This document shows, in pieces, positions 48,802 through 57,857 of a stretch of DNA of 64,000 bases. Within the stretch, counting starts at the first letter, position 1. Each line of letters starts with the position of its first letter. Location of the stretch: the NCBI GenBank assembly GCA_963827165.1, contig CAWGZR010000006.1:64001-128000 (forward strand), in the 5' to 3' direction. The notes below the pieces were generated by a model. The model was not told where the DNA came from. It did not search any database and worked only from the letters and a program-made list of their open reading frames with translations. The translations under genes were made by a program, and so were the position numbers. Origin of the DNA: Candidatus Bathyarchaeota archaeon. Its GTDB lineage: Archaea; Thermoproteota; Bathyarchaeia; Bathyarchaeales; Bathycorpusculaceae.

Positions 48802-49296
48802 ATCTGAATTTTCAAATCATATTCCCAATTCTTAAAACTTATATTCATTTTGCATCAATCTCTTTTCTGTCAGTGATGGAGGGCTAGTTAAGGTTGAAGG
48901 CTATACCACCGAAGCCAAAAAGTTTTTTCCGTTTTCGAAGCCTTCTCCTTTCTCCTCGATGACGGATGGCAATGGTAGCCAACACACAAGACGGCCCTCC
49001 ACCACAAAACATTTTCTCAAAAACAACAAGAATGAACTTGATGATAAATGCGTTGCTCCAAGAAAACTGCGCCAAAACTTATATCCAATTGACAACAATC
49101 ATGATTGAGGTTGATTTATTTGGCAGTTGACGCTTCAAGAACAAAGAAGCCGAAGCTTCCTAAAAAGCGACTCCTTAAGAAAACAAACAGAAGATGAACG
49201 GCCCAACAGAGCATCGCCTTCTACTAAATCCAATTAAGAGTATATAACATGCCAAAAGCCTTTCCAACCCAAGATGGATTTGAGGGTTTTCGCAGT

Positions 49297-49803
49297 TTAT
49301 TTGGGAGTGGTCAAGTATTTTAGATGGAACGGTTTGATTACGATTCCAGTTTTGAGGTCAGCGTGGAAAGTTTGGCTTTCGACAACCCATTCAGACAGTT
49401 CCGAATCATGAGCTCTTATGAACTCAGCAAAATTCGAGAAATCCTCATGAAGTGAAATGCAGACGGCGTCCCAACCCATACCTCTTCCATCCAAAACCAG
49501 TATTACGCTGGGCTGTTTGAGGTACCAATCCTTCATTTTCTGCAAGGCGTCAGTTTTTTCGTCACCTGTTTTAAATTTGAGTTTGCTCTTAAGAAAAGTG
49601 AAGGCGGCAATCTCAAACCCTATTTGCCCAAACTTGGGAATAACTGTGTACCCCTCAATAAAATTGTCTTCAAGCATCGCTCTTCTGCGAGTAACAGTGG
49701 GTTGAGAAACACCTAAAGATTTGGCAAGCTGCCTATCGCTTCTATGTGAATCCTTCATTAGTTCGAAGAGTATTTTGTAATCGATCGGTTTCAGTTCCTT
49801 CAT
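49297..49803 (-). CDS. Lrp/AsnC family transcription regulator
   Basis: DYKILFELMKDSHRSDRQLAKSLGVSQPTVTRR...IEGYT. Confidence 0.9.
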   Translation of the reverse strand: MKELKPIDYKILFELMKDSHRSDRQLAKSLGVSQPTVTRRRAMLEDNFIEGYTVIPKFGQIGFEIAAFTFLKSKLKFKTGDEKTDALQKMKDWYLKQPSVILVLDGRGMGWDAVCISLHEDFSNFAEFIRAHDSELSEWVVESQTFHADLKTGIVIKPFHLKYLTTPK

Positions 49804-50133
49804 TGCAACCAACTTTTACCATTCATAGCCATTTTGTTATCATATATAAATCTTGACAAAATTTTCATCTAAACTTCAGGGTACAACGGATGTGCAGTTC
49901 AACATTGCGTTGAATCAATTTTAATATAATTCTTAAAATCTTTCTTTTCTATTCCACTTCCTCTATCTTTTCTTTAGCGTTCTAAACGTGTCCCAACATG
50001 ATTCTTTGATGACCAAGATGTCAAAAAGTAAAGTATAGTTAAAAATTACCCCGGGTTGAGATGGGGGCAACAGGGACAAATACTTTTAAGAGGAAAATCA
50101 GAGTATTAAACACTCTAAAGGAGCCTTAAGGGG

Positions 50134-51492
50134 ATGTCACCTCGAATTTTGAATGATGTCGAACAGGAGGTCACCCAACTTCTCAGTGACCTAATACGAA
50201 TAAACACAACCAATCCGCCAGGGCATGAAACCGCATTAGCAAACTACATTGCCAAATACCTAAGCAAAGACGGTTTCAAAACCGAAGTCATCGAATCTGC
50301 TTCCGGAAGAGGCAGCGTAATCGCTAGGCTCAATGGAACGGGGCAAAAACCCAACCTTCTGTTGCTTTCGCACCTTGACGTGGTTGCAGCTAACCCGCGA
50401 GAATGGACCGTTGACCCGTTTGCTGGAGCAGTTAAAGATGGCTACGTTTACGGCAGGGGCGCCTACGACATGAAATCCATGACAGCGGTTGAAATCATGG
50501 TTTTGAAGCTTTTAAGAAAAAACAATGTCAAACTTAAAGGTGACGTTGTTTTGGCCGGCACTGCGGGTGAGGAGCAGGGAGGCGAAGAAGGAGCGGGCTA
50601 CATCCTAAGGAATCATAGAGAAAAAGTTTGGTGCCCATACGTTATCAACGAAGGCGGAGGTTTGGCTTTTCCGTCAAAACAAGCCTACGTATTCCCAATT
50701 CAAACTGCAGAGAAAGGCATTCTTTGGTTAAGGATAAAAGCCAAGGGCACCCCTGGTCACGGATCCACGCCAAACACAGCTGACAACGCGGTTATCCGAA
50801 TGACTAAAGTCATCGACAAACTCATAGGCTACAAGCCGCCCACAATCTACGTTCCTACTCTGAAAAAATTTCTTGCGGAAATGGGTAAGAAAGATCCCCA
50901 ATTGGAGAAAACTTTTGCTCACTTGCTCGCTAACCCAGACCAAAGCGATCAGATTTTGGATCAACTAGCAAAAACGGACAGTGCTCTGGCAGAAGAAATT
51001 AGGCCGAGGACAAAAATGACCGTTGCGCCGACGATGATTCGGGGCGGGGTAAAAGAAAACATTATTCCGTCTGAATGCGAGGCAGTTTTTGACTGCAGAA
51101 TTCTTCCGGGGCAAACCATCGAAGAGACATTTGATTTGATCAAAGGGTTGCTTAAGGATGTGGAGTTGGATAAGTTGAGCTTCGAGTTTATTCAGGCTCA
51201 CGGCGGCTCCGAATCGATTATGGATACTGATCTCTACCGAACAATCACACATGTTCTAGGGGAGTTTGAACCCGGCTGCGGAGTGACGCCGACTTTGACT
51301 ACAGGTGGCACAGATTCACGTTTCTTCAGGGAAGAAGGCAGTATATGTTATGGGTTCCAGCCTATGATTCCTGATGAACCTAACGATAAATTAGAAAAAC
51401 GAATGCATGGGATTGACGAGAGAATAACTGTCAAGAACTTGGTTTACGGAACTAGCGTGCTGTACGAAACGGTGAAGAGATTCATGACCTGA
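50134..51492 (+). CDS. M20/M25/M40 family metallohydrolase
   Basis: SHLDVV, GRGAYDMK, GEE, GHGS, GGTDSR, HGIDE. Confidence 0.93.
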   Translation: MSPRILNDVEQEVTQLLSDLIRINTTNPPGHETALANYIAKYLSKDGFKTEVIESASGRGSVIARLNGTGQKPNLLLLSHLDVVAANPREWTVDPFAGAVKDGYVYGRGAYDMKSMTAVEIMVLKLLRKNNVKLKGDVVLAGTAGEEQGGEEGAGYILRNHREKVWCPYVINEGGGLAFPSKQAYVFPIQTAEKGILWLRIKAKGTPGHGSTPNTADNAVIRMTKVIDKLIGYKPPTIYVPTLKKFLAEMGKKDPQLEKTFAHLLANPDQSDQILDQLAKTDSALAEEIRPRTKMTVAPTMIRGGVKENIIPSECEAVFDCRILPGQTIEETFDLIKGLLKDVELDKLSFEFIQAHGGSESIMDTDLYRTITHVLGEFEPGCGVTPTLTTGGTDSRFFREEGSICYGFQPMIPDEPNDKLEKRMHGIDERITVKNLVYGTSVLYETVKRFMT

Positions 51493-51728
51493 GTCTCCCA
51501 AAAAACCTCTTCGGGCCATTACATTTCTCGTTTGCAGTGAGCGGAGCTTCAGAAAGCCACATTCAAAAAATAAATAGCGCCATCGCTTTGATGCTATCGC
51601 GGTTTTAGAATTATCGTTTTTTCCAGTCCCAGAAGGCCAAACCTCATTAATTAGCCCACTAAAATGTTTTATACTATCAGCAACCATCTAGGAAAATATA
51701 GAACGCAAGTTTCGGTGTCAACCCTTAA

Positions 51729-52271
51729 ATGACCAGCACTCAAACATTAACCAAGCCAACCGCAAAAAACTTTGAGGCATACAAAACTATTGGGTTAATT
51801 TCAGACACGCATGTGCCAATGATCGCGGCTAAAGTGCCACAGAAGGTTTTTGAAATCTTCCAGAACGTTGACTTCATTGTTCACGCCGGCGACTTGGTAG
51901 AATTGTCAGTCATTGACGAGTTGGAGCAGGCTGCGCCTGTTTTGGCGGTTCGAGGCAATATGGACAACGCGGAGGCATGCGACGGATTGCCCATCCTTGA
52001 TTCTCTTAAGATTTTCGGGTGGAAAATTGGTGTCATGCATGATCCAGACGTCTTGAGCGGGTCAGATAAAATGAGGTATATTGCGGCTGAAAATGGCTTT
52101 AACGTTCTTGTTTATGGGCACACTCATAGTCCAAGGATTAAGTGGGAAACTGAAACCCTTTTTGTCAATCCTGGCAGCCCAACTGACCCAGCATCTTTTC
52201 TTGATCAGCCTTCGGTGGGGTTGCTTCAGATCACGAAGAAAACGATAACGCCGCAGATCGTCAATCTTTAA
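51729..52271 (+). CDS. Metallophosphoesterase (YfcE/MJ0936-like)
   Basis: SDTH, HAGD, RGNMD, GHTH, NPGS. Confidence 0.92.
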   Translation: MTSTQTLTKPTAKNFEAYKTIGLISDTHVPMIAAKVPQKVFEIFQNVDFIVHAGDLVELSVIDELEQAAPVLAVRGNMDNAEACDGLPILDSLKIFGWKIGVMHDPDVLSGSDKMRYIAAENGFNVLVYGHTHSPRIKWETETLFVNPGSPTDPASFLDQPSVGLLQITKKTITPQIVNL

Positions 52272-52726
52272 CCCATCAATGCAGCCCAATAAAGAATGGC
52301 GTAGAGTATGACGCCGAAAACCAAAGCTGCAAGCCACACAGTCAAGGTTGTGAACATGATTCGTTTCCTCATGAAGCACCCACTTAGACCACTTCTTCGA
52401 TATGAAATCACAAGGAAGAGCCCTAACGAAACCGCAACGGCTCCAAGTGGCACATGAACCAAAGTGACGATTGAGGTTAAGCCAGAGGCGTGGGCAACAA
52501 CAAAAACTGGGATTAGGGCCAGGATTAGTGCGGGAACCATGAACACAAATATCATTGCTAAATGCAGAGTCAAAGCTGCTGTCATTGCCCGTGCATGCTG
52601 CTCATACATTGACTTGCTTTTTAACCAGTAACCGTAAAGCAGCAGAAGCAAAACGATTGCTTGAATAGTTAGGCTAAGTGTAGCAAATATGAGGAATGGG
52701 TTGTTAAAAAGGGACATGCTGCTCAT
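52268..52726 (-). CDS. Four-TM membrane protein (DUF420-like)
   Basis: HARAM, HLAM and HVPLG histidines within four hydrophobic segments. Confidence 0.65.
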   Translation of the reverse strand: MSSMSLFNNPFLIFATLSLTIQAIVLLLLLYGYWLKSKSMYEQHARAMTAALTLHLAMIFVFMVPALILALIPVFVVAHASGLTSIVTLVHVPLGAVAVSLGLFLVISYRRSGLSGCFMRKRIMFTTLTVWLAALVFGVILYAILYWAALMG

Positions 52727-52851
52727 TTTACCTCAGATTTCTGGACGTATAAAGCTTCACTTTCAGTCATCCCTCCCCTGAGTCAAAAAGTCGTATGAGC
52801 AACTGCCTTAAAAGCGAAAAACGCCAAAAGACGATTCTAGAGGTAAAGAAA

Positions 52852-52989
52852 ATGGAGCATTGTAAAAACCCCTGGAAAGACAACTGCAAAAGTGAAAATA
52901 TCAAACTCTATATCGAGTTAAAGGGCGAAAAACTGCCAATATGCCAGCAATGCTGGAACAAAATCGCTGACGAAGAAATCGAGTGGTGA
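52852..52989 (+). CDS. Cys4 Zn-finger microprotein (45 aa)
   Basis: MEHCKNPWKDNC...PICQQCW; GAGGT upstream of ATG. Confidence 0.7.
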   Translation: MEHCKNPWKDNCKSENIKLYIELKGEKLPICQQCWNKIADEEIEW

Positions 52990-52994
52990 AATGC

Positions 52995-53231
52995 TTGGAG
53001 AGTTTTAGTGCTAACAGCGCCAAATCGTACCTTGGCAGAAACGTTAACTTGCATTTGAAAGACGGCGCAGTCATAGTAAACGTTCATTTAACGGGAATCA
53101 ACAAAACTTCGGGAAAAAATAATCAAATCGAATTCGACGCATCTGGAAAACGCAAAACTAGCCGTATACCTCTAAGAAACATCGCGTGGGCTGAACTTAT
53201 AAACGCGAATCTTATGCAGAAAGCCTCCTAA
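52995..53231 (+). CDS. Sm/LSm-like small protein
   Basis: YLGRNVNLHLKDGAVIVNV...IPLRNIAWAE resembles Sm1/Sm2; GGTGA upstream of TTG. Confidence 0.55.
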   Translation: MESFSANSAKSYLGRNVNLHLKDGAVIVNVHLTGINKTSGKNNQIEFDASGKRKTSRIPLRNIAWAELINANLMQKAS

Positions 53232-53282
53232 AACAGCGCAAAGGGCATAAAAGGAAAAATAGCAGATTGATAATTCAAATTT

Positions 53283-53663
53283 ATGCGTTGCTCAAACTGC
53301 GGGGTTTGCTGCACAGACACTGAGATGTTGCTATCAAAAAAAGACATGGAACGTCTGGCAAATCGCGGGTTCAAAGCTGATTTCTTCGCCAAAATCGACA
53401 ACGAAGGTTATGTACAACTTAAGAACAACGGAGGCTACTGCGTATTTTACGACCCAAAGAACCATCGATGCAACGTTTACATCGATAGGCCTGCCGGCTG
53501 CCGAGTCTATCCTGTTATTTTAGATGAAGAAAAAGGAATTATCCTTGATGACATTTGCCACTCAAGGTATACTATTTCGGATGAAGAAAAAAAAGTGAAG
53601 GGAAAACGGGTCGTAAAGCTTCTCGAAAGAATTGATTCTGAAGCCGAAAATAGATGTTTGTAA
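53283..53663 (+). CDS. YkgJ family Cys-cluster protein
   Basis: CSNCGVCC, CVFY, CNVYIDRPAGCRVYP. Confidence 0.88.
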   Translation: MRCSNCGVCCTDTEMLLSKKDMERLANRGFKADFFAKIDNEGYVQLKNNGGYCVFYDPKNHRCNVYIDRPAGCRVYPVILDEEKGIILDDICHSRYTISDEEKKVKGKRVVKLLERIDSEAENRCL

Positions 53664-53846
53664 GAAGACAACGTTTTAGAGTTTCAGTTTGTTTTGCATT
53701 GACAACAGAATATTGTTTTGGTGCTTGGTTTTTGATTTCTTAGGTGGGCACTATGCTTGTTCTGACCAGTTTGCCGCAATTGTCACAAATAGACTGTACT
53801 TGAGCCACTCGGGGTGTTACTTTACAGGATCCTTATTGGCAAAAAA

Positions 53847-53993
53847 TCAAGGTCCTTCTTTTGAAGCTTTATCCTTGGCAAGCAGGTATTCAACGTATTC
53901 CCTCATTGTGCAGTTGCTTTCCGCAGCTCGCTTCCTGATGTCTGCGTGGACTTTTTGGGTAACCGTTATGCATTTGTATCCTCTACGTGGCAA
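53847..53993 (-). CDS. Ribbon-helix-helix microprotein (48 aa)
   Basis: MPRRGYKCITVTQKVHADIRKRAAESNCTMREYVEYLL; TTG start, GGAG upstream; not in the ORF track. Confidence 0.75.
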   Translation of the reverse strand: MPRRGYKCITVTQKVHADIRKRAAESNCTMREYVEYLLAKDKASKEGP

Positions 53994-54117
53994 GGCTCAT
54001 AATCTCCTTTCCGTACTTTACAGTACAATGAAATATATGATTAACGGTGAATCGTGAACAGTATTAAAAGCTTATATTAATGTACGTCCGCTAACTATGG
54101 TTGAGAGGGTACAATAA

Positions 54118-54288
54118 ACGCCGAAAAAGGGCTACAAAAGCATCACTGTAAAGGCGGAAGTCTACGACTACTTTTTTTGCGAGTGGCTCAAAGTCAAAGA
54201 GAAATATGTTATCAAGAAGGGCATTCGTAGTTTTTCAGCTTACGTAACCTTTCGTTTGGCGCAACTCATGACTGAAGACAAGAAATAG
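54118..54288 (+). CDS. Ribbon-helix-helix-like microprotein (56 aa) with ACG at the start position
   Basis: (T)PKKGYKSITVKAEVYDYFF...KGIRSFSAYVTFRL; in-frame TAA immediately upstream; GAGAGGG 8 nt before ACG. Confidence 0.7.
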   Translation, partial: TPKKGYKSITVKAEVYDYFFCEWLKVKEKYVIKKGIRSFSAYVTFRLAQLMTEDKK

Positions 54289-54363
54289 ATTAAGTAAATG
54301 TGACTTTTGGAGCCCCTACAAGTTTAAATATGCTCGCGATGACTTGTCAAAAGGTGAATAGGC

Positions 54364-55362
54364 ATGCCCTGCACTGTAATTGTCGGCGCTTTCTGGGGAG
54401 ACGAAGGCAAAGGCAAAATAATCTCTTATTTAGCGCTCAAAGACAATCTTGACTTCTGCGTCAGAACCGGCTCTGTAAACGCGGCACATACTGTTTTGTT
54501 TGAAGGAAAAAAATATGCTTTGCATATGGTTCCCGCGGCCTTCATTAATCCTTCAACACGTCTACTGATTGCTGCAGGAGCGAATGTTCATGTTCAGAAA
54601 TTCCTCGACGAAGTTGAGCAGACAAAAGTAAGCAACAGGATCGGAGTGGATTTGAATGCTTCGATAATCGAGGAAAAACACAGTGCGCAAGACAAGGCAA
54701 GCGTCATAAACAAGGGCATTGGAACCACAGGCTGGGGGGTAGGACCAGCTATTGAAGAAAGGGTTAGGCGTACAGCCAAGCTTGCCAAAGATATTCCAGA
54801 ACTGAAACAGTATGTTGCTGACCAAGTGCAGGAAGTCAATGACGGCTTAGACACAGGCAAGAAAGTGCTTTTAGAAGGCACTCAGGGTTTCATGTTATCA
54901 CTTTTCCTAAGCGGTGGATATCCATATGTGACTGGCAGAGACACAGGCGCATCAGCTATCGCTTCAGAAGCAGGCGTCGGACCAACAAGAGTCGACGATG
55001 TCCTAATAGTTTACAAGTCATTCATTACACGAGTTGGTGGCGGTCCTTTGCCTGGAGAAATTTCAAAAGAGGAAGCAGAGAGAAAAGGCTGGTTTGAAAC
55101 TGCTGCGGGAACAGGAAGAGACCGGCGTTCAGCACCTTTTGACTTTGAATTAGCCAAGAAAACAGCCAAGATAAACGGAGCCACACAGGCAGCGCTAACG
55201 AAACTTGACAGCCTATTTCCAAGCTGCAGAGGTGCCAAAAAATACAGCGATTTGTCCGCAGAAGCTAAAAATTTCGTAAAGGAAGTTGAAAACAGGACTG
55301 GGGTACCCGTTGTTTTGATCGGCACGGGTCCCGAAGCGTTAGAGATCGTTGACCGAAGGTAA
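54364..55362 (+). CDS. purA: Adenylosuccinate synthetase (short archaeal type)
   Basis: WGDEGKGK, NAAHT, GTTGWGVGP, EGTQG, YPYVT, TRVGGGP, TGRDRR, TKLD. Confidence 0.96.
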   Translation: MPCTVIVGAFWGDEGKGKIISYLALKDNLDFCVRTGSVNAAHTVLFEGKKYALHMVPAAFINPSTRLLIAAGANVHVQKFLDEVEQTKVSNRIGVDLNASIIEEKHSAQDKASVINKGIGTTGWGVGPAIEERVRRTAKLAKDIPELKQYVADQVQEVNDGLDTGKKVLLEGTQGFMLSLFLSGGYPYVTGRDTGASAIASEAGVGPTRVDDVLIVYKSFITRVGGGPLPGEISKEEAERKGWFETAAGTGRDRRSAPFDFELAKKTAKINGATQAALTKLDSLFPSCRGAKKYSDLSAEAKNFVKEVENRTGVPVVLIGTGPEALEIVDRR

Positions 55363-55383
55363 CGCCAACTTTTAATTCGCCTT

Positions 55384-55703
55384 GTGGCAAAACTCTCCTA
55401 TTTGGGCGTCAGCGGAGAGGACATGAGTTACAATTTAGCGCAGCAAAGTGCATCCGGTGTAACCTGCGGCTGGAAAGCTTATATGGTGGTCAGCGGGGAA
55501 CTTTCGGATTAGAAATTGAAGGCCGGCGACATCGTTATTGTGCTAAACAAAAATGCGATTGAAAATGGCGATGATTTAGCAAGTTACTTGGAGGAGTACA
55601 CTTTGCCCGACGACACATTAACTCTTACAGTAGTCAGGGAGACTCGCAAACCGCTGTAAGTATAGTCATAGAATCAAGACCCGCGCTGTCGCCCGAAGCC
55701 TAA
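55384..55703 (+). pseudogene. Remnant PDZ domain of an HtrA/DegP-like protease
   Basis: SYLGVSGEDMSYNLAQ...SD*KLKAGDIVI...DDLASYLEEYTLP...LTVVR; TAG at 55510, frameshift near 55645, protease domain absent. Confidence 0.75.
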
Positions 55704-55951
55704 ATATTTCTTCCTTCTTTTTTTTTGAATAAAATCTTAAACTTACACAAGTTAGCCAGCCTGAAGGACGCATTTTTAGCTTTATAGCAACTGACTATTA
55801 GTAATAATGTCAAGGGTAATGGGCAGCTACGAACGAGGCCACGCTCAGATTCTCTTAATTGAAATATTAATTAGGCATTTTTGTCGGGAGGGCTATCTTG
55901 CGCCATAATCAACAGGAAAGACCGAAGCTTTTTTTGAATCTAAGCCTAAAA

Positions 55952-56245
55952 TCAGTGCATTTGTGGTTTCAAGGCTTCTTTTTTGACCTTTCTATTTGCG
56001 ATCTTTTCTTGTTTTAGATCGTTATGGTCTCTTTCAACTGCCATTGCGATTATTTTTCGAGAATAGCATTCTGAGCAGTAGTTCTTTTGCTCGATTTCGT
56101 ACAACGTCATTGACACAACGGTGATAATCTTATGGCACTCCGAGCAACGCACAAATTTGTTTTCTTGACATGTTTTTATTGCTGCTTTTCTTTCGTCCTT
56201 AAAAACACTATTTTTTGGTTCGAAAAACTCACTATCCCAACCCAT
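55952..56245 (-). CDS. Small Zn-finger protein
   Basis: RCSECHK...YCSECY; GGAGG upstream of ATG 56245. Confidence 0.6.
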   Translation of the reverse strand: MGWDSEFFEPKNSVFKDERKAAIKTCQENKFVRCSECHKIITVVSMTLYEIEQKNYCSECYSRKIIAMAVERDHNDLKQEKIANRKVKKEALKPQMH

Positions 56246-56418
56246 CTTTCCTTTCCTCCAGACTGAGACAAGATATTTACTATGTATCGCGGTAAAAAGC
56301 TTTCTAAATTCCACCCGATAAAAAATGATCCCCTGTTTGTTGCAACTGAAAAAGCAGAGCTTATTGAGTCTCTGGTACCATTGTGGGAAAAGTCTTATTA
56401 GCTGACGAAATTTCAATT

Positions 56419-57840
56419 ATGTTACAAATGAGATTTAAGCATCTTACAATTTTGCTGTTTATCCTGCTGATTTCGCCTCTTTTTATAAACTGCATATTGA
56501 CAGTTAAAGCTCAAACTACGGAGGCATCTCCAAATTTTTATTTTGGTGTTGATGTCGCATTTGCGAGTGTTCCTCAAACGGAACAGTTGATCGATAACAT
56601 TAGTTCCTACACCAACTTCTTCATTATTGGATGCGCTCAAAAGATAGGTACCACAATTTACGGCGGCGGAATCTACAATGAAACAAGGCTTACCATCATC
56701 AGCCAATACGTTTACAACAAAGGGCTGTATTTCATAGTCTACAGCGACGACCAGAGTTATCCATCGAAGCATTGGCTTGAAAACGCCACGGAAAACTACG
56801 GCAACAAGTTTATGGGAATCTACTATTTCGACGAACCTGGAGGAAAAACTCTTGACCAAGCCAAGCCTCCTGAGTACCCCGTAATTACTTCTGCTAGCAA
56901 CTTTACTGACGCTGCTATCAAATATAACATTACTTTAAGCACTTGGCTTCGCGGACGCTTTGGCATAACCCAGAATTTTAACAGCCCAACAGAATTTCAA
57001 CTGTTTACTTCAGATTACGGTTTGTACTGGAATGATTACGAAGCTGGGTACAACACGGTTTTTGCGGAGTTCGGTGTTAATAGTGGGAACGAAAACTATA
57101 GTCGGCAGGTAAGTATGTCGCTTTGTAGAGGGGCAGCCACCGCTTTTGACCAGAATTGGGGGGTTATGATAACTTGGGCTACTCAGCAGTATCCGTACAT
57201 GGAAAACGCCACGGATCTATACAATGACATGATTCTGGCATATAGCAACGGCGCGAAATACATTGTGGTGTTTGACACCAATGCAAACTGGACTGAAAAC
57301 GTTCTAAACTCCCAGCAGCTTGCCGCAATTAAACAGTTTTCGCAGTATGCCCAAGCTAACCCGAGAACGGTTACTCATCCGAGTGACCGTACGGCTTATG
57401 TTCTTCCGCAGGATTTCGGCTTTGGTTTCCGTAGCCCTAACGACACAATCTTCGGTTTATGGAAAGCAAATTGGGATAGCACTACTTCCCTTGCTTTTGT
57501 CGCTGACATTTGCATGTGCACGGTCACTTACATTCAGATGATGGGCTCAAATTTGGACATAATCTACCCCGTAAGTAACGGAACAATAGATTCGTTAGGA
57601 TACAAATCCGTGATTTACTGGAATGACACTGACATAGTCCCGAATATGCCAAGCATGCCAAACGCAAGCCCTGCCGGAGGATCATATAAGCCGCCGCCTA
57701 CTACTCCAATCAATAAATATCCTCTTCAAGCTAATAACACCACAGAAATCGAAATATTCGCGGTTGTAACAGTCGTCACAATTTGTCTCATCATATGTGG
57801 AGCCACCTTAATAGTTAGAAGACGCAAGTCAACCGTTTGA
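56419..57840 (+). CDS. Secreted, C-terminally anchored protein with a possible glycoside-hydrolase-like barrel
   Basis: Signal peptide; GIYYFDEPGG, FTSDYGLYW, FAEFG, CRGAA, WGVMITW; C-terminal TM plus RRRK. Confidence 0.75.
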   Translation: MLQMRFKHLTILLFILLISPLFINCILTVKAQTTEASPNFYFGVDVAFASVPQTEQLIDNISSYTNFFIIGCAQKIGTTIYGGGIYNETRLTIISQYVYNKGLYFIVYSDDQSYPSKHWLENATENYGNKFMGIYYFDEPGGKTLDQAKPPEYPVITSASNFTDAAIKYNITLSTWLRGRFGITQNFNSPTEFQLFTSDYGLYWNDYEAGYNTVFAEFGVNSGNENYSRQVSMSLCRGAATAFDQNWGVMITWATQQYPYMENATDLYNDMILAYSNGAKYIVVFDTNANWTENVLNSQQLAAIKQFSQYAQANPRTVTHPSDRTAYVLPQDFGFGFRSPNDTIFGLWKANWDSTTSLAFVADICMCTVTYIQMMGSNLDIIYPVSNGTIDSLGYKSVIYWNDTDIVPNMPSMPNASPAGGSYKPPPTTPINKYPLQANNTTEIEIFAVVTVVTICLIICGATLIVRRRKSTV

Positions 57841-57857
57841 TTGCGAAGTTCTTGGTG

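Noticed and set aside
48884-49098. Short minus-strand ORFs between the coiled-coil gene and the Lrp gene
   Set aside because: No motifs, overlapping frames and no clear SD; unsupported.
53689-54057. 122-aa ORF on the + strand
   Set aside because: Antisense to the RHH microprotein and has no recognisable features.
55510-55512. In-frame TAG as pyrrolysine read-through
   Set aside because: The same fragment also has a frameshift and lacks its N-terminal domain, so decay is the simpler reading.
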